Below are positions 13,283 through 26,195 of a stretch of 48,843 nucleotides of DNA, piece by piece. The DNA comes from Squatina squatina (Eukaryota). The translations under genes and the position numbers were made by a program. Position 1 is the stretch's first letter, and every line of letters begins with the position of its first letter. Location of the stretch: contig JARFOE010000073.1 in assembly GCA_031763465.1 (NCBI GenBank), forward strand, positions 10,572,157 through 10,620,999. The letters are read 5' to 3'. Under the pieces are notes generated by a model. It was not told the DNA's origin, did no database searches, and saw nothing but the letters and a program-made list of their open reading frames with translations.

Positions 13283-13755
13283 TTTATATGGGGTCAGGTC
13301 TCATATTGGGACTTGCCTGATGACACTTGCATGCACAGACTAACATTGCTAAATGATGCCATATTGGAATTATGAATGCTCTTGCAACCAGACTTGCAAA
13401 CCAGTTCCAGGACACTGATGGCTTTGTCAATAGCTGAGTTAACATTCTACATGACAGGTTTTTACTATGCAACTATGGGAGATCTCTGCCACATCTCCCA
13501 ACATTCAGTGTCTTTTTCCAGCACTAATACATTGTTTGTCAAGGTAAACACTTCTACCATATTTTAAAAAAATGTATTCTCATGATGTGGGTGTAACTGG
13601 CAATTATTGCCCAACTCTAATTGGCTTGGGTAGATGGACTTCCTTCTTTAACCACNNNNNNNNNNNNNNNNNNNNNNNNNNNNNNNNNNNNNNNNNNNNN
13701 NNNNNNNNNNNNNNNNNNNNNNNNNNNNNNNNNNNNNNNNNNNNNNNNNNNNNNN

Positions 13756-13918
13756 CGAAGGGCCGAATGGCCTACTCCTGCTCCTATTTTCTATGTCTCT
13801 ATGATTCTATTTCCGACATTGTAACAGTGACTGCATGTCAAAAGTATTAATTGGCTGTAATGCACTTTGGGACATCCTGAGGTCGTGAAAGGTACTACAT
13901 AAATGCAAATCTTTCTTG
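13756..13918 (+). mobile_element. CR1 3' tail followed by a SINE/L2-like 3' tail
   Basis: CGAAGGGCCGAATGGCCTACTCCTGCTCCTATTTTCTATG is the same tail family as 19495-19515 and 36156-36195. It is followed by CACTTTGGGACATCCTGAGGTCGTGAAAGGTACTACATAAATGCAAATCTTTC. Confidence 0.7.
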
Positions 13919-15774
13919 CTTTCTTTTCTCCATGCTGCCAAGCTGCTCTCTCCTGCTGCTGAGCTGCAAGATTCCTGTGCACATGAGCAGAAACCCCTCA
14001 TACTCTTTACTTTTATCATTGCTGTGGTGGTACTTGTAAAATCCTCACCTTTGTTAAACTTACTAAATCAAGGTCTGATCTGGAATGAAGCATTCCATTT
14101 TTATGATGCTCAGCAGCTGTGGAATTCTGCATGATTTCGTGTGGTTACCTTTAAAAACGCCTTGATAAGCACAAATTGGACCTTTTTTTTGCTAATGTTC
14201 GCTAAAGCATGTTTAAAGGGCTAGCAGCTCTCAGAACATTGCTAAACATGGATGATTAGTCTTGATCCATGTTCATTCTTTTGCTGAAGTTAGCAAATAT
14301 GGGGAAACATAGCCCCAGATTATTGCTGTCATGAGGAGGACCGTAGCTCGACAGAGGTAAGTGCCTGCACACACTTTGAAAGAAAATAGGCATTCGAACA
14401 GTTGCAGAAATAGAAATAATTGCCCACAGTGCTCATATTTCCTAACACTTTCACATAATATACAGATCACTCATGTTCATACTGAACACAAAACTATCCC
14501 AATCACAGCCGACATACATAACCCATCAGCTAGCTGCAGATATATTGATATTTTCTTTTATGTAAACGAAAAATAGCATTAAGCACAGCCACAATGCAAG
14601 CAGTGTAAAACTATTAAGAGTGCTGATACTGAACTTGATAAGTTGGCTCGGGAAGGAGTCTGACAACGATAAGATTTGCATTAATGGTCCTTTACTGTTC
14701 GCTTGAAAGCTTGTCATTTTGTCAGGTGATTCTTAATCGGAAGGCACTCAGGTGGTTAAACACTGAGTCATGGTCCATGGTGCAATTGAGTTTGCATAAT
14801 GGGCAGTTCGTGCATCTGGCTCCCACGTGAAATATGCGAGGCCTCACTGCCGGCTGTGTCAATCTGCTAAATGTCTTCAACTGGGTGTATGTTCAGCCAA
14901 AGGCACTGGCACTGCCTCACCAACCATCTGCTGGAGCACCTACAAGGTCATGGGAGACTGTTGTACCAAATTAAACCCTCACTCGGTGACGTTATAACCA
15001 GCCACCCATTTCTGGGCAATGTTCAAAATAGCAATATATTAAACTGTCCTCCGCGTTTGATTATAATTAGAGGCCAGGTCAGTTCCGAGTAAATCATATT
15101 GGCCACAATTATGCTAAGTATCTCCATTGCTTGCTCACTGCCTATCCAGATAACAGGGATGAGCGCCAAAGTAGCTCTCGACCCAGTTGTCCATCAGTAG
15201 ACAGATATTGGTGACTCCAGGCCATGGTAGCTTTGGGGTATATTTTCTTCTGTTCAATATTTTAACTAAAAAAAGATGATAAAGCACTGTTGCCCATTGT
15301 ATATTCATACCTACTTTTTCACTGAAGATAGCAAACAGCGCAATAAACATAGGCCCCATTTAACTTACCCTGAGATAAGCTGGTGTCATCTATATACATG
15401 TCAATCTTTGACCCTGCCCCTCAACCAGACAGCAAATAAAGAATAGGAAGTAGTTTATCCCAAGCATATACATCTCTATAGAATGCTAACAATCATTAAC
15501 ATCAGTGAAAATAGTTGGGGGGGAGGGGAAACTGGACCCCATTTCATCTGTTTTTCAGGTGCAAAACAAGGGCAAAAGTGACAAATTTAGCAGTGCAACG
15601 TCCTGTGCCCAAATGGCACTGGTTGTACGTCCACCGCCATATTGGTTCGAGCACTCCTTAGGCGTCCATGGCAGNNNNNNNNNNNNNNNNNNNNNNNNNN
15701 NNNNNNNNNNNNNNNNNNNNNNNNNNNNNNNNNNNNNNNNNNNNNNNNNNNNNNNNNNNNNNNNNNNNNNNNNN

Positions 15775-16140
15775 ATATCACCACTGACCAAGCTAACGGA
15801 ATCATAAAAGATATAGCTGCCAGACTGGACTAATGGCAGATGATGAGGGAATAACATACTTGGCATTGTCCTCATCAACCTACCTCACAGATGCATCTGT
15901 CCATGACAGCATTGGTGGAAGTGACCACCCCATAGTCCTTGTGGAAGGCAAGCTACAGCTTCACACCAAGGGTACCCTCCATCATGTTATGTGGCATTAC
16001 CACAGTAATGAGTGTGATACATTAAGAAAAGTTCCAGCAGCAGTGGGCTATCTGCAGCAGCAGAATTGTACACCACCACAATTTGTAACCTCATATATTG
16101 GCATGTTACACATGAAAGCAGGGTTTCTGCTGAACATATA
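15775..16140 (+). mobile_element. Non-LTR retrotransposon, apurinic-like endonuclease C-terminal region, decayed
   Basis: Frames read TTDQANGIIKDIAARL and TYLTDASVHDSIGGSDHPIVLVE...LHHVMWHYH. The SDH motif marks the end of LINE endonuclease domains; frameshifts are present. Confidence 0.7.
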
Positions 16141-16150
16141 TCAGAGTCAT

Positions 16151-16480
16151 TGGGCTAAAAACTCGGGGCTTTACCGCCACTCGTTACCGCCAGATTTTGG
16201 GGAAAAGAATGGTGGCCTCCACCCTTCCGCCCACTGACAGAGTTCCGCAACCAGGAGGTCCTGATTGGACCTAAACATCCTGGGGTTGTGGCTGAATTTT
16301 GAAGATGTTACCCACGTTTGATTTCGCTGCCTGCTGCTGGACCCCCGAAGACAGCAGCAGTTTTGACGCACCGCAGTGCCGTGTTTCTCTGGAAGCCCTT
16401 GCACTCGGTCACCCTGCCAGCGTTCCTGACGGAAAATGAGGCAGAAATCTCCTGTTTGATCTGCATGGGTTTGGTTGGCC
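16151..16480. mobile_element. GC-rich non-autonomous DNA element remnant
   Basis: Starts GGGCTAAAAACTCGGGG, has a repeated TTACCGCCA motif and elevated CpG, and truncates the preceding LINE fragment. Confidence 0.4.
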
Positions 16481-18699
16481 TGCACCTAATAAGCTGTTCA
16501 TTGCCTTCTTGAAGGACATGGCAATCAAGTGTCAATCCTTGACATTCTGTGCCTCCAGCAAAATAACAGTCGGGGAAAATAAAGACTTCTAATACATTAT
16601 TTTTTGCGTTGAGTGTACTGGAATTTCTTTCCTGAAAGGGACAGCCTCCTTTAAATGCTTGGAACAGGTATGCTGCACTGAAACTATTTGCCTTAAAGGA
16701 TTTATTAGCGCTTAATTGGTAAAATCTGCATAAAGCCTACTCTTAATGGGTGTTTACAAAGGGTAATTGTCCTCTTAATCTATTAGGAGAAAAGCTAGCG
16801 GTGTAAGTTGCAATTCTGTAGACTGGTAAAATGAAGAGAAAGCCTCACCCACAATATATTCTCGCTGTAGGTTCCTGCCTGAGTTTAGAATTTACTAAAG
16901 TGATTACTTCAATTCTTTTAGAAGCAATTTAGCTTAAAATATTAATAATGGAATGATGAATTAATCACAAAATAATTTCAATGAAAGAACATGCTGCACA
17001 ACCTTACCAGCGTGGGCGTCCAACTGAAAGTCCTTCCCTGCACTGAACAGTGATCAGCACGTCAAGTAACATACTTTTCTCGGTTTCACTGTTGTTGAAG
17101 CCCTGCCACTTCATAATAATTTGATCTAATGTCGATTGAAGCAACTCTTTCTTTCCCTCTGACAGCTGGCTCCATTTACCTATAATCTATATCTGTGTAC
17201 ATATTTATATATCCCAATGCCATTCTGAATTTATTGATTTTGATGCATGTGGTGTGCTCTTTATGGTCGATGGCAGTGTTACAGATCAAACCTACGATTC
17301 CTCACAATGATTGCTGCTGGGCATAAGCTTGGCGGAAATATTAACCAAACCCAACCGAGTTAGGATAAAACTATTCCCTTTNNNNNNNNNNNNNNNNNNN
17401 NNNNNNNNNNNNNNNNNNNNNNNNNNNNNNNNNNNNNNNNNNNNNNNNNNNNNNNNNNNNNNNNNNNNNNNNNNNNNNNNNCAGATGGTGGCCAATTAAC
17501 TGAATGAAGTGTTATAATAATCGATCAGCTTCTTGGGGCTGCACAGGTTTGTACACATTTGGTTACCCATTGTGTTACCTACGATTATCTATCAGCAGAG
17601 GAGTGATCCAAATTAAATCCAAGTACCTGAGTCAGTTCAAATAGCGATTCCATTATATTTATTTCTGTTCATTTATGATTAGATTTTGTCAGAATGATTT
17701 TTAGTTGCTAAATGAGAGCTGATTGTTCGTATCTGGTTGGCCAATTTTTAGTTGTGCTGTAGCTTACTGCCATTTAGTCTGATCTCCCCAACAATGTCTC
17801 TGGTACTTGCCAATAAAGGTCCCATGTGGTCATATGGCTCAAATACTCTATTATAACCACCTGCTTGTTATTTGTGGTGCTGAAAGCTTTGCTCAGTAAA
17901 TAATCCAATGCTTGCCAAATTTGCTACGAGAAGCAGGATGCTGTGGCTTCATTAATAATGTGGGCGCTTCCTTATCTCAATCTAAAGATATGAACTTCAT
18001 TGCTTTTCCATTACAGTCATCGCAGCTGTTATTATCATGGAATATTTATTAGGAGAGAAAATTGTCTTATAATCAACTACCATAAAAATTGGTGACACAG
18101 TGATCTGATCCATTCTAATCCCAGACCCTATTTAGCAACACTGCTTTTATCTTCAGACGGTTTCCCATAGCAAAGAAACATTCTGTCGGAATAATAAGAA
18201 AAACAGTTTTAAGCAATGTTTGGTTATTTTGTAAATATAAAGTTATCTCTGTGGGAATTTAAGGCAGGAATCTAATTTCAAGGATATGGACATGAGACTT
18301 TCAAAATTTATTCTCTGGATTACCTGTCCTTATATTACTTTGTGCAATTCACTGAGAGCTATTCATTCCACTCTTTATATCTGACTAAGGGTCATTGCAT
18401 CTGCAAGCGCAATACTTTATCTTTCACCGCTTTGTTCCAATCATGCAGATGTTCTCGGTACTGCTTGTGATATTATTTCTGACTGTTGCTGTTGTTTGTC
18501 AACTCCCTTGCATTATTTTTTAATCAGAGTTGATCTGTGGTTATTTTCACAGGTAGTCCTGTAGTGTATTCCTCTGGTCACTCAAACACCCTGGATGTGG
18601 TTTTGCACACAGGTGTAGATTCTAATGAGGGAGCGCTGCAGTTCCGTTCATCAGCCATTCACCTTTGCCGTCAGCTGCTCTACATTTTTACGTACTTTA

Positions 18700-18980
18700 T
18701 CCATGTTCTCATTTCCTCTGCTGAAGATGCTGATTCAGGCTACGGTACAGTTCCATGCCAATGTGGCTATTCTTCATATCTATGCCTGGACAGGCTTTCA
18801 AACAACCAGGCCGTCTTCTCACATGACATGCATAAGTTTCACCAGAGGTCACCAAGTAACAATCAGGAGGGGGGAATCATGGCTGATTTTTCCACTCTTA
18901 ACCCAAGATCACCGTGCCCAGTTGTAGATGCCCTGCTCTCAAAGGTCCTGCTCAGGCTGATATTAACTGACTCAGTTATA
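18700..18980 (-). mobile_element. Old SINE-like interspersed repeat, related to 19870-20000, 35225-35470 and 44340-44590
   Basis: Shares GGTACAGTTCCAT, TGGCTATTCTTCAT and GGCTGATTTTTCC words with the reverse complement of the other copies. Confidence 0.4.
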
Positions 18981-18982
18981 TC

Positions 18983-19515
18983 GGGCCTTGGTGAGGCCAC
19001 ACCTGGAGTATTATGTACATTTTTGGTCTCCTTATTTGTGGAAGGATAGTCTTGCCATAGAGGGAGTACAACGAAGGTTCACCAGACTGATTCTTGTGAT
19101 GGCGGTACTGTTCTATGGGGGGAGGTTGAGTAGACTCGGCCTATATTCTCTCGAGTTTAGAAGAATGAGAGGTGATCTCATTGAAACATGCAAAATTCTT
19201 ACAGGGTTTGACAGGGTANNNNNNNNNNNNNTGGGTCCCCCGGCTGGTGGGGTCTAGAACCAGGGGTCACAGTCTTAAAATAAAGGAATGAGATGAGGTG
19301 GTATTCCTTCACTCAGAGGGTGGTGAATATTTGGAATTGTCTTTCCCAGAGGGCTGTGGAGGCTCAATCATTGAGTATATTCAAGACAGGGATCAATAGA
19401 TTAGATATTAAGGGGATCAAGGGACCTGGGGATCATGCAGGAAAAGGGAGTTGAGGTAGAAGATCAGCCATGATCCTGTTGAATGGTGGAGCAGGTTCGA
19501 GGGGCTGAATGGCCT
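18983..19515 (+). mobile_element. CR1-clade LINE, 3' end of ORF2 plus 3' UTR
   Basis: Encodes LVRPHLEYYVHFWSPYLWKDSLAIEGVQRRFTRLI...LSRLGLYSLEFRRMRGDLIETCKILTGFDRV, followed by the tail GATCAGCCATGATCCTGTTGAATGGTGGAGCAGGTTCGAGGGGCTGAATGGCCT. Confidence 0.92.
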
Positions 19516-19654
19516 NNNNNNNNNNNNNNNNNNNNNNNNNNNNNNNNNNNNNNNNNNNNNNNNNNNNNNNNNNNNNNNNNNNNNNNNNNNNNNNNNNNNN
19601 NNNNNNNNNNNNNNNAAATATGTCCTGAAGTGGGTGCATTACAGTCATTTCAAT

Positions 19655-19776
19655 ATTGGCCATGTGGCTGCTGTCGCACACACGGTATTTTAGAGGAAAC
19701 AACTTTCGAGTGCCCTGCGCGATACCTTCCAGGCTGCTGCATAGCGACGTACACGCATAGCTTAGAGGGAACATTG
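19655..19776. mobile_element. Possible non-autonomous DNA element end next to a reverse CR1 tail fragment (19780-19870)
   Basis: CpG-rich block ending GCTTAGAGGGAACATTG, a TIR-like end. The matching left end is not clearly seen. Confidence 0.35.
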
Positions 19777-19869
19777 GTTCCCACCCCTCTCCATCTAACC
19801 ATATCAGCATAACCCTCTATTGCTTTCTCCCTCAAGTGTTTATCTTGCTTCCCTTTAATTGCATCGATG

Positions 19870-20000
19870 TCGGTTTATGCTGAATTAGCTGTTCTCAGCC
19901 AAGTTAGCAGGTGGAGTTGTTGCAATTGGACCTCAACACCCTACAGCGAGGAAGGTGAAAAATGAGCCAGGGTTCCGATTGCTGACTGCTATCCAATGGA
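19870..20000 (+). mobile_element. Old SINE-like interspersed repeat fragment
   Basis: TGCTGAATTAGCTGTTCTCAGCC...CAATTGGACCTCA matches TGTTCAGTTAGCTGATCTCAGCT...CATTGGTCTCA near 44378-44433. Confidence 0.45.
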
Positions 20001-20294
20001 TTTCTTCTGGCAAGTGGTTATGTGTAGCCATTTGAATAAGGTACCAAAAGGCTGCCAGAATCCATGGAGCTTGACTCCAGCGTGTGCCAACCTTTTTAAG
20101 TGAGGGAGGGAGAACATTCCAGAAGAAAAAGCACACAATTGGCGATAGAGTAAATAACATTTCCAAAACTTAGCAGATATCAGGACACCTGAATGGTTGA
20201 CTCCAAGGATGGCCAGTTGCCAATGACGGAAAGGCAAAGGGAAGCCATGTGCTAATGAAGCACCACCACTGCTTTAATGCTGCTGATGTAAGAT

Positions 20295-20780
20295 AACAAC
20301 AGCTTGCATTTATACACCACCTTTAACATAGTAAAATGTCACAGTGTGGTTCATTGGAGCGTAATCAGACAAAAAATATTGACACCAAGCCAAAGAAGGA
20401 GACATGAGGGCCAGGGACCAAAACCAAAACCAGTTATAAGGAGTGCCTTTAAGGAGGAGGTAGAGGCGGAGAGGCAAGGAGGTTTAGGGAGGGAATTCCG
20501 GAGCTTTTGGACTTTAATGGCTGAAGGCACGGCCGGGGATGCATCGGAGGCCAAAATTAGAGGAACGCAAAGTTCTCAGAGGGTTTTACGCCTGGAGGTT
20601 ACAGAGATAGGGAGGGGCGAAGCCATGGAGGGACTTCAATGCGGGGATGGGAATGTTAAACTCGAGGTCTTGCCGGACCGGGAACTAAAGTCAGCGAGCA
20701 CAGGGGCAATGGGTGAACGGGACTTGGTGTAAGTTAGGACACAGGCAGCAGAGTTTTGGATGAGCTCAATTTTATGGAGG
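20295..20780 (-). mobile_element. L2-clade LINE 3' fragment
   Basis: Collinear with 23905-24410 (CTTGCATTTATACACC..., GGTTTAGGGAGGGAATTCC, GAGATAGG, GCAGCAGAG..TTTGGATGAGCTCA). Confidence 0.8.
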
Positions 20781-22552
20781 AATAGACCACTAATGCAGCG
20801 CACACCTTTATTTTCTGTTGATTAAATAATTTTTTAAAAATCTATGTTATATATTTTATCATCGTCAGAGTTCAGTTACACAAAGTCACAATCTGCCTCA
20901 GTACTTAGGTCTTCCATTCACAGCAAGGTCAAAATAAGGAAATGTGATTAAAAGCTTTCATTCTGGTGTTCTCACTAATCTCACTGCTCCTGATACAATT
21001 ATTTGCTGAAGGGAAATTATAAAAGAATTGTCGCTCAGCATCCATTCCACGTATCACATTGCAGGATGCCTTCAGAAAATGAGTGATTCACATTGAGTTA
21101 ACAAGAGCCCAACTGGTAGCTGTGTATATGAATAATGGATCCTTCACCTTCACCAGCAACAGGAGGAACTGTCTTGTGAAATGGGCTCAAGACTGTCATT
21201 AACAAATTTCCGCCAATTTGCATCTGTCATCCTGAACATGCCATCTGTCCAAAATGACCTTTGCCATCCAAGCCTGAGGTCATATTGGCAATCTTCTTTC
21301 CACAGATGAAAGGCCACTTTGATTGTCTGCCATGGTAATAATAGTAGGGCTTATTTCATTCACCACTGTATTCATTGTGGTTTGAAGGCTAGTATTAATA
21401 ATCTTATTGGTCTTTTGAGGAAGGCTTGTAGCTACAAGTCAGAAATTGTGATTTTACTACTGTCTCCTTCACAGAGTACAAGTTGTGCTTTGAGCTGAAC
21501 CAGTCAGCAGCAGTGTGCAAAATCCCTTCCTGGATTTTATAAACTGCCCTTCTTGTACAATTAAGAATAACATTTGAGCAAAGCAAAACAGAGACCTCGA
21601 ATTGCTCAGACATGTGCATTGAATACAGGCTCTGAAGATTAGCCTTGAAACATTTAACAGGTTTCTATGAAACTCCTTTGTTCATTGTTTTAGTCGAGCT
21701 GTTTAACTAAGGGCACCACAACCTGNNNNNNNNNNNNNNNNNNNNNNNNNNNNNNNNNNNNNNNNNNNNNNNNNNNNNNNNNNNNNNNNNNNNNNNNNNN
21801 NNNNNNNNNNNNNNNNNNNNNNNNNACTGCCTACAGTTCAGTAAGTTGCTGTGCTCTGGCACAGGACTCGGACCCATAACTTTGAATCTCAGATGTACTA
21901 ACTGAACCAACCTGCACATTATTGGACACTTTTACCAGTCTACACTGTACTTAAACCCAAAGTGAAAAAAAGTTTATCATCCAGCCATCAGTGAGATGGT
22001 TTACAATTTATCTGAGTTAATATTTTTATTTTTAAATAGTTATTAGAATCACACATTCTAAGAGCCTTGGTCACATTGTAAGGCCATTTTAGAGCCTTAC
22101 TCCCAACTATATGTATTCTTTAAATATATTGGCAGTTATTTTCAGGACGATTGAGGATTAGAAACAAGTTTTAGTGAAATACTTCTCGAGAAACTTTTTG
22201 CCAGAATTTCCCTTTAAATGCCTTGACATTTTTAATAAATTTTTGTACTAAATAGTCATGCATTCTGAGGTCATTGCAGATAGCGTCACCAACTCCTGAT
22301 GTGATAATTCGCTGCAGTGAAATTAAAAATGATATTTCACAACAGTAAATTATCATTTGAACATCACTACCACATGCTGTGCTCCAGAACTTTAAACCTA
22401 ATCTAAAGGTTCTTGTTATCCACAGTCACAGGCAGCTGGAATAGCACATCAAAGGCACTGTCTGTCTGTGCTCTCATTTTTTTCTTTGAGAATGGGCCAG
22501 TAATCTCCCTCTTTTTAAGGAGTTTTCTCCCTATAACATGTTCTATGCCATC

Positions 22553-22744
22553 CGCCCGTTATGTGCCCATTATACACCCATTATATGCCTCTTTTATGCC
22601 CGTTATACGCTCTTTATGTGCCTGTTATGCACCCTTAGGTGTCCGTTATATGTCCGTTGTGCGCCCGTTATGTGCCTGTTATGTGCCCATTATGGGCCTG
22701 TTAAGAGCCCGTTATGCGCCCGTTATGTGCACATTATAGGACCG
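22553..22744. repeat. Degenerate 11-bp tandem repeat, about 17 copies
   Basis: Consensus GCCCGTTATGT with mostly CpG-type transitions; runs into a gap. Confidence 0.9.
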
Positions 22745-22844
22745 NNNNNNNNNNNNNNNNNNNNNNNNNNNNNNNNNNNNNNNNNNNNNNNNNNNNNNNN
22801 NNNNNNNNNNNNNNNNNNNNNNNNNNNNNNNNNNNNNNNNNNNN

Positions 22845-22945
22845 AATTTACTTCCTAACTCCCTATATTCAGCTTTTAGGACCTCATCCCTTTTTTTACT
22901 TATATCGTTGGTACCAATATGCACCACGACAACTGGCTGTTCACC
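22845..22945 (-). mobile_element. CR1 LINE ORF1 fragment (SGNH/esterase-like)
   Basis: Reverse frame VVVHIGTNDISKKRDEVLKAEYRELGSK contains the GxND block typical of CR1 ORF1 esterase domains. Confidence 0.75.
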
Positions 22946-23902
22946 CTCTATGCACAGTGCCCTTTAAATTCACAGGACGTTTCACAAAGTATCTTTTATT
23001 GCTCAGATACTGCAGCTTCTAAGTATTGGAAGCGACACCCAGCCAAAACAGTGTTGTAGAATCACATGCTCGTAGGACCTTTCGTCTTCCCAATCTCTTT
23101 CAGCCAGCATAAGGACTCAGCGCAGCACTGCTACCTTAGTGGGGCTGATTGGTAAGTGAGTAGAAACAAAGGGAAATCTTAGGACACTTGGCTGACCAAC
23201 CCCCAATACATTTAAATGCAGTGGGGTGTACTTCCAGCAGGCAGCTCAGTCACAATGGGAGGCCCATTTTCTTAATGGAATTTTGGCAAGGGCCTCGCCA
23301 TTCCATTTTCCTTGCCAGACTGCCTTTACACCACCTCTTAACAGGTATTTTCTTAAGGAAAATCCAAGCTCAGGAGTGAACCCCGTTTGCTCGTGCTAAT
23401 TCCTATTAGTTGCAGCTTACTCTTAAAATGGACATATGTCAGAAGGAGGATTGTGAGAGAAGATGAGTTACACTCGAGTGCTCAGGACATGTTTTGTGAG
23501 TGTCTGAACATGCAGTTGTAGGAACCACATGCTAGGTTCATTTAATGGCCAATGTGGGCCACATTGTGATCTGACAACATGGTATGGGATAATGGAAGCA
23601 AATCGGCATACCTGCACATTTACAAAGATCAGCAGCAGGCAAAGTTCCTGCATTCTTCCTCTGTGATGGTATACCAAGTTTACAGCAAGGGACAATGCAA
23701 TGAGAAGCTTGGCAAGATAACCTATTCGGACGTTGTTACATGTTTGCACACATTCCTTGGCAGCCTTGCATAAATAAAAATGTTTCTTCATCACCTGCTC
23801 CCAGATTCAGATCATAGGTGAGACTATATTGATGTGCTCCATCACCTCCAAATATCCTGCTCCAGTTGTACTCTCCCCATCAAATAGAGCTACCCTGCAA
23901 CA

Positions 23903-24495
23903 AAAACAACTTGCATTTATACACCTTTAACATAGTAAGTCATCCCAAGGTGCTTCACATGAGCATTATCAAACAAAATTTGACACCAAGCCACATAAGG
24001 AGATATTAGATCAGGTGAACAAAAGTTTGGTCAAAGAGGTCAGTCTGAAGGAGCATCTTAAAGGAGAAGAGAGAGCTAGAGGAAGAGAGGTTTAGGGAGG
24101 GAATTCCAGATCTTAAGGCTTTGGCAGCTGAAGGCATGGCTGCCAATGGTGGAGCAATGAAAATCAGGTATGTGCTAGAGGTCAAAATTGAAGGAGCGCA
24201 GAAATCTCAGAGGGTTGTAGGTTACAGAGATAGGCAGGGGTGAGACCATGGAGGGATTTAACAATAAGGATGAGAATTTTAAAATTGCGGTGCCATCGGA
24301 CCGGGAGCCAATGTAGGTCAACAAGCACGTGGATGATGGTTGAATGGGACTTGGCGCGAGATAGGATACCAGCAGCAGAGGTTTGGATGAGCTCAGGTTT
24401 ATGGAGCCTGTAAGGTGGTAGGCTGGCAAGGAAATCATTGGAATAGTCAAGTCTCGAGGTAATAAAGGCATGGGTAAGGGAATCAGCAGCAGCAG
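23903..24495 (-). mobile_element. L2-clade LINE, ORF2 C-terminus plus 3' tail
   Basis: Reverse frame LTHAFITSRLDYSNDFLASLP...LIQTSAAGIL...VLVDLHWLPVRWHRNFKILILIVKSLHGLTPAYL carries the L2 motifs SRLDY and LHWLPV. Confidence 0.9.
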
Positions 24496-26195
24496 AGACT
24501 GGCCTCCTCCAGCAAGATCTATAACACCTGCTCATTGAATGGGCCTGACCTCAGCATGCCTCCAGAATGTCATGTGCAAAGTGCTGGAAGTATTTCCAAA
24601 GTAGGTTAAACAGCTTTCTTTGCATTATCGGAGGAGGTCACCCTCTTACCCAATGTCACTGGGACAGGATTACATTTTCACCCTACATGGTGTGACATGA
24701 TGTGATTCTGTATTTATCAACAGCTGGCTAAACTTTGACAGAAAATCAGATTTCAAATCACAAATGAGCAAACTTTTCTGAAGAAGCAAAACAAAAAGTG
24801 CACACAGTGAGTTGGAACCCAATAACTAACTTGCCTATTCAGCACGTTTCATTTTTATTGTTCTGATCCAGTTGTTATTTAGGTCTATCCTTTTTAAAAA
24901 TCAATACTAATTGAAGAGAGATATTTAGCTTGTTACATTTTTGCTGACATATATAATAATGCAATTCATTACAGGTGTGTCAGCATTATCAGTGAAATCT
25001 GTTGCCAATAAGTTCACCCNNNNNNNNNNNNNNNNNNNNNNNNNNNNNNNNNNNNNNNNNNNNNNNNNNNNNNNNNNNNNNNNNNNNNNNNNNNNNNNNN
25101 NNNNNNNNNNNNNNNNNNNCCTGTGAACTTGATGAGCATATTCTGTGCCAGTTTACATCCTTTCCAAGATTGCTAATCCTCCAAGATTAAGATTGGAGTT
25201 GCGGTGTATATGAGTTAATGCACCTGTACCTCAACATTCTGCTTCAACCCAAGAAGTTTACACAATATGCCACAACAAAACTTCTCACACTGCTTTTCCT
25301 GTGATTTCGCAGCCAGTGAGTATGTGAGTAATCCAGAACGGGTCATCACTTGCTGAATCAGCATCACCAGAGCAGGCTTTAGGTGATGAGAAATAAGTTA
25401 CAATTTTAGTACCTTATACAATGCTCCCAGTGTATCAGAATCAATTTGGTGAGACATCTATCCTTGTTACTCAAGTCTCTTGGTGNNNNNNNNNNAATGA
25501 TGCGATCCAAGCTAGAAAAAATTGTAACAAAAATCAAATCTGTACTCTCTACTTTTCTTTATTATCGAGTGCATTTAAACTGATAGCATTGGAATCATGG
25601 TAGTACATTACATATATTTCCAATTTAATACAACAATATCCCATTGATTCTTTACTTAATAGTTTCCTGGGTATATTCAAAAATAAATCATGAATACCTG
25701 CAGGTCAACTTTGCCAAAGATGACAAATACAAAATTATCTGTCTGTTATGTCGATTTTTTCTACTGGGCAGATTGAGGCTGATCTAACTACATTAAAAGC
25801 ATTTATATAAACTTACGATTAAGAGGCCTGCAAAAGCCTTCAATCAATAGTGAGATGTATAAATGTATAGTCCCCACCAATTATACTGACATGCTTATGG
25901 CGGGAAATCATCTATACCAGGCAATTTCTCATTGCGATAGCAGAAATAGTAGGGTTACTTCAATTACCTTAATATAGACTGGGGAAAAAACAGTGCAAAA
26001 GGCAAGGGGAATGAAGAATGCCTAAAATGTGTACAGGAGAACTTTTATAATCAATATGTTTCATGCCCAATGTGGAAGGAAGCAGTGCTGGATCTATTTT
26101 TTTGGAATGAAACAGGGCAAGTGGAATGTGTGGAGTGGAGTGGGAGAGCATCTGGGTAATAGTAATCATAATGTGGTAACTGGAAAAGAGACAAT

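Noticed and set aside
18537-19049. 170-aa ORF
   Set aside because: Non-ATG start, no recognisable domain, and it runs through an old repeat into an out-of-frame CR1.
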